NCBI RefSeq assembly: GCF_016433145.1
Contig: NC_058132.1
Location: forward strand, 276,298,939-276,362,938
Reading direction: 5' to 3'
DNA length: 64,000 nucleotides
Origin: Gracilinanus agilis
Taxonomy: Eukaryota
The notes below the pieces were generated by a model. That model was not told the origin of the DNA. It did no database searches and was given only the letters and a program-made list of their open reading frames with translations. Shown one piece after another: positions 61,153 through 64,000 of the stretch. Position 1 is the stretch's first letter; the number at the start of each line of letters is the position of its first letter. Position numbers and translations under genes: made by a program.

Positions 61153-61235
61153 CAGCCGTGGACAGAACAAATGTAATTGATGATGCTGCAGAAGAAATTA
61201 GAAAATCAGAACCTGAACCAGTTCATATAGATGAG
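61153..61235 (+). CDS. STAM2: STAM2 exon 9 ([28 protein letters not shown])
   Basis: TAGCAG tandem acceptor; 83 nt from the first AG. Confidence 0.93.
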
Positions 61236-61320
61236 GTAGAGTCCTTCTAATCATCATTTTTTATATAATGTGTTTTCTATTGCTTAAATTCCCTTTAAGC
61301 ATCATCTTTCTGCTTTTCAG

Positions 61321-61408
61321 GATAAGATGGATAAAGCACTGCAGCTACTTCAGAGTAAAGATCCTACAGATTCAAAGCCAGATTCCCAAGACTTGCTGGA
61401 CTTAGAAG
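61321..61408 (+). CDS. STAM2: STAM2 exon 10 ([29 protein letters not shown])
   Basis: AG/GT, 88 nt; follows an 85-nt intron. Confidence 0.96.
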
Positions 61409-61737
61409 GTATTTAATGAATATTAGAAAATAATTTAGCTGGAGGAAAGGAGGTTGGGTAATAATATTGAGTGTTATAATTTCTTGTTTTTTCTTGTTTG
61501 TGTATGCTACTAGAGATATGAGTTAATTTTCAAAGATGGGTATGATGAGAGTAGGGTAGCATAATAATACCAACATCACTCTGAGGTGACTATCATATGT
61601 GGATATATTCAAGAAGAAGGACTAACTTAGACTTGCCCTTTGACCTTTCAGTAAAATTTTCTGGAGAGATTGGAAGGCATAAAAGAGTAGAGAAAGGAGT
61701 GACTGAAGGGGAGATGGTCTTAAGAAATGTTGGTCCT

Positions 61738-61939
61738 GAGGGCAGCTGGGTGGCTTGGTGGATTAGAACTAGACTCAGAAATGGGAGGTCCTGGGTTCAA
61801 ATGTGACCTCAAACACTTCCTAGCTATGTGACCCTGGGCAAGTCACTTACCTCCCATTGCCTAGCCCTTACCTCTGCCTTAGAACCAATACACAGTATTG
61901 AGTATAAGATAGAAGGTATGGGTTTAAAAGAAAAAAAAA
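61738..61939 (+). mobile_element. SINE1-type SINE
   Basis: 16-bp TSD AAGAAATGTTGGTCCT. Confidence 0.93.
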
Positions 61940-62700
61940 AAGAAATGTTGGTCCTTTTACAGCCAATAACTTAAAGGTCAAAGAAGTACTTGATTCATTT
62001 CAAATTCTGTAATTTCCATAGGAAAACTTCATGCCTTAGTAGCAGCTTTACAAAATTTTTTGAGGAGTGGAGGTTGGGAAGTAGTGAATGTATGAGATAA
62101 ATTACATTTTGACTTTGGCATATGGTATTTTGTAAGCTTATTTTAATTTTCTTTTGGAAAAAATAATCTAAGGTATATATAAATGAGTAGTTTTTTTAGT
62201 ATTTGGAAATCTTATGAGTAGCAGAATATTGTTTCAGTTATTGGAGAAATGTGAAATAGTTTGAATAATCGGTATTATTCATAAATGTGGTGGTAAAAGA
62301 ATTTTGTAGCTCATCTTTACAAGTTCGCCTTCATGATTGTATATATTTTTTTGCACTGTGGCTCAAGTTTCTTCATTCATTTAGATAAAATGTCTTCCAA
62401 AATGTTTTTGAAGTTTGGGGATGATTTCCAAATTTTACAATTTATAAGGCCAATTAATAATTCTTAATTAAATTATAAGGTGGTGATATTTTACTTTTAA
62501 TTCTGGCCTGGCTTTTGTGTCATGTTGTATATATATTGGAGGAACACAATTAGCTGTTCTGTAATCTTTTCTTGAATTTAGAATTGGAAGACATTTAATT
62601 CTGTGTGTATTTTATAGTCTTTATTATCAAAAAATAGTTTGAAAACTTGTTTGACTTGGGCACATTCAAAGACTTATAATAAGTGGCCTTCTATTTACAG

Positions 62701-62755
62701 ATGTCTGTCAACAGATGGGCCCTATGATAGATGAAAAACTTGAAGAGATTGATAG
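62701..62755 (+). CDS. STAM2: STAM2 exon 11 (DVCQQMGPMIDEKLEEIDR; GAT); gene continues beyond the window
   Basis: CAG acceptor, GTAAGC donor, 55 nt, in frame. Confidence 0.96.
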
Positions 62756-64000
62756 GTAAGCCACATTTATTGGAATCTGTCCTGTCAGGATTGAAAAGTA
62801 TGATTTTTTTATATTTCATTGGTATTTGGCAGAACATTCAACTGAGAAAAATGTATTCCTAAAATCATCATCTTTCAGTTAACCATATTTATGTGAGGAT
62901 ATATAAATGTACAATCCTGTGATTCTGTCAAAATTTTTTATTGATCCTTTCCATTGTGATTAGAATTAGGAATCTTTGTTAATCTTGCTAATTATAAAGG
63001 AGCACAATTAGGATAACACTGTTCCTTGTATTCTTTTTGGTGCTGGGATAGAAATGGATAATGAGCAGTGAAGGATAAAGAGGAAACTCATTGTAAAATT
63101 TAGAGTAGAAAAAGAAATATAATCAGAAGTTAGGTAGATACTGGTTTGTTATATAGTAGTTAAGTTTCAGTTAGAATTTTCCTACATTTTGGCAGTTTTT
63201 ATAGTGATAAGAAGAGAGATTTTATAAAATCCAAGGAAAACGTAAAATCTTATTTCTTCTCTCTTGTTATTCTTTTCATTGATTCTTTCTCCCAGCATTA
63301 TCCTTTGTAGTCCCTCCTGCCTTCTACTGAGAATATTATAATTGTGCCATTAACAGTGAAAAAGTGGGGATGAAAAAACTTCTCCAAATCCTGACTTTAC
63401 TAGATGGATGAAGATAGTGGCATAAACAGGAGGATAAAATTAAAGGATATTGGTTCACATTCTGCCTTTGACATACCTCTGTGATCTGTTAGGCTTCAGT
63501 TCCCTTGTCTTTAAAATGAGGGTGTGGGACTAAATAAGGACCCTTACAGCCCTAGATCTGTGATCTTATGATGGATTAAGAAAGGAGTAAACAAGAATCG
63601 CCTCAATCCTTACCAATTTCAATTTACCAATTCATGATTGATATTAATAATAAAATGTAGTAACAAAATTCTGAATGCTGAAGGTAGACTTTGTGCTACA
63701 AGGGTATTGAAAAATTTTCTTTGGATTTTCTGTAATATTGGAAAACCAATGGCTTTGGAAGTGCTCTGATTTTCCGTCGTTACTTTTATAAACTGGTAGT
63801 ATTGTTATCTGCCAGTTTTAACATTGTTACCATTTAGAAGCAAATAATAATTGTTTACTCGCACATAATTGGTAATTGAGATTCAATTAGCAAATAGTTC
63901 TAAAGTTTTAATTTCTTGGATAAGAGCTATTATAAACATAGAGTTCAGATTTCAATCACGTCACTATCATAAGTCATTTCCTTTTAGACCAGTTTACAAT

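Overview
Marsupial genomic DNA, most likely didelphid opossum (Monodelphis-type tRNA-derived SINEs, L1 3' UTRs and hAT MITEs). The right half (31.2-62.8 kb, + strand) holds the CpG-island promoter and coding exons 1-11 of STAM2 (ESCRT-0 subunit; VHS, UIM, SH3 and start of GAT). All 11 exons join in frame with GT-AG junctions, and the gene continues past the window. The left half is a retroelement-rich upstream region. It contains a full-length but defective gammaretrovirus-like provirus (16843-25435): two 348-bp LTRs about 95% identical, GTGT target duplication, tRNA-Pro PBS, PPT, and gag-pro-pol-env with stops and frameshifts. The provirus sits inside a hAT MITE and carries a SINE in pol. A second, minus-strand ERV remnant lies at about 1.2-4.9 kb. 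The two most interesting observations are: (1) in the minus-strand ERV, the space between gag and the integrase C-terminus holds no recognisable pro/RT but a decayed orphan reading frame with two PAM2-like (PABP-binding) motifs; (2) the provirus leader encodes a recognisable glyco-Gag (CUG start in a GACG-type hairpin, YxxPhi motif, signal-anchor, SEN-MGQ junction, N25 sequon) and keeps an MLV-type gag-pol readthrough pseudoknot. Repeat family names come from sequence recognition, not database searches, and boundaries of old repeats are approximate. No standalone tRNA, rRNA or CRISPR features were seen.
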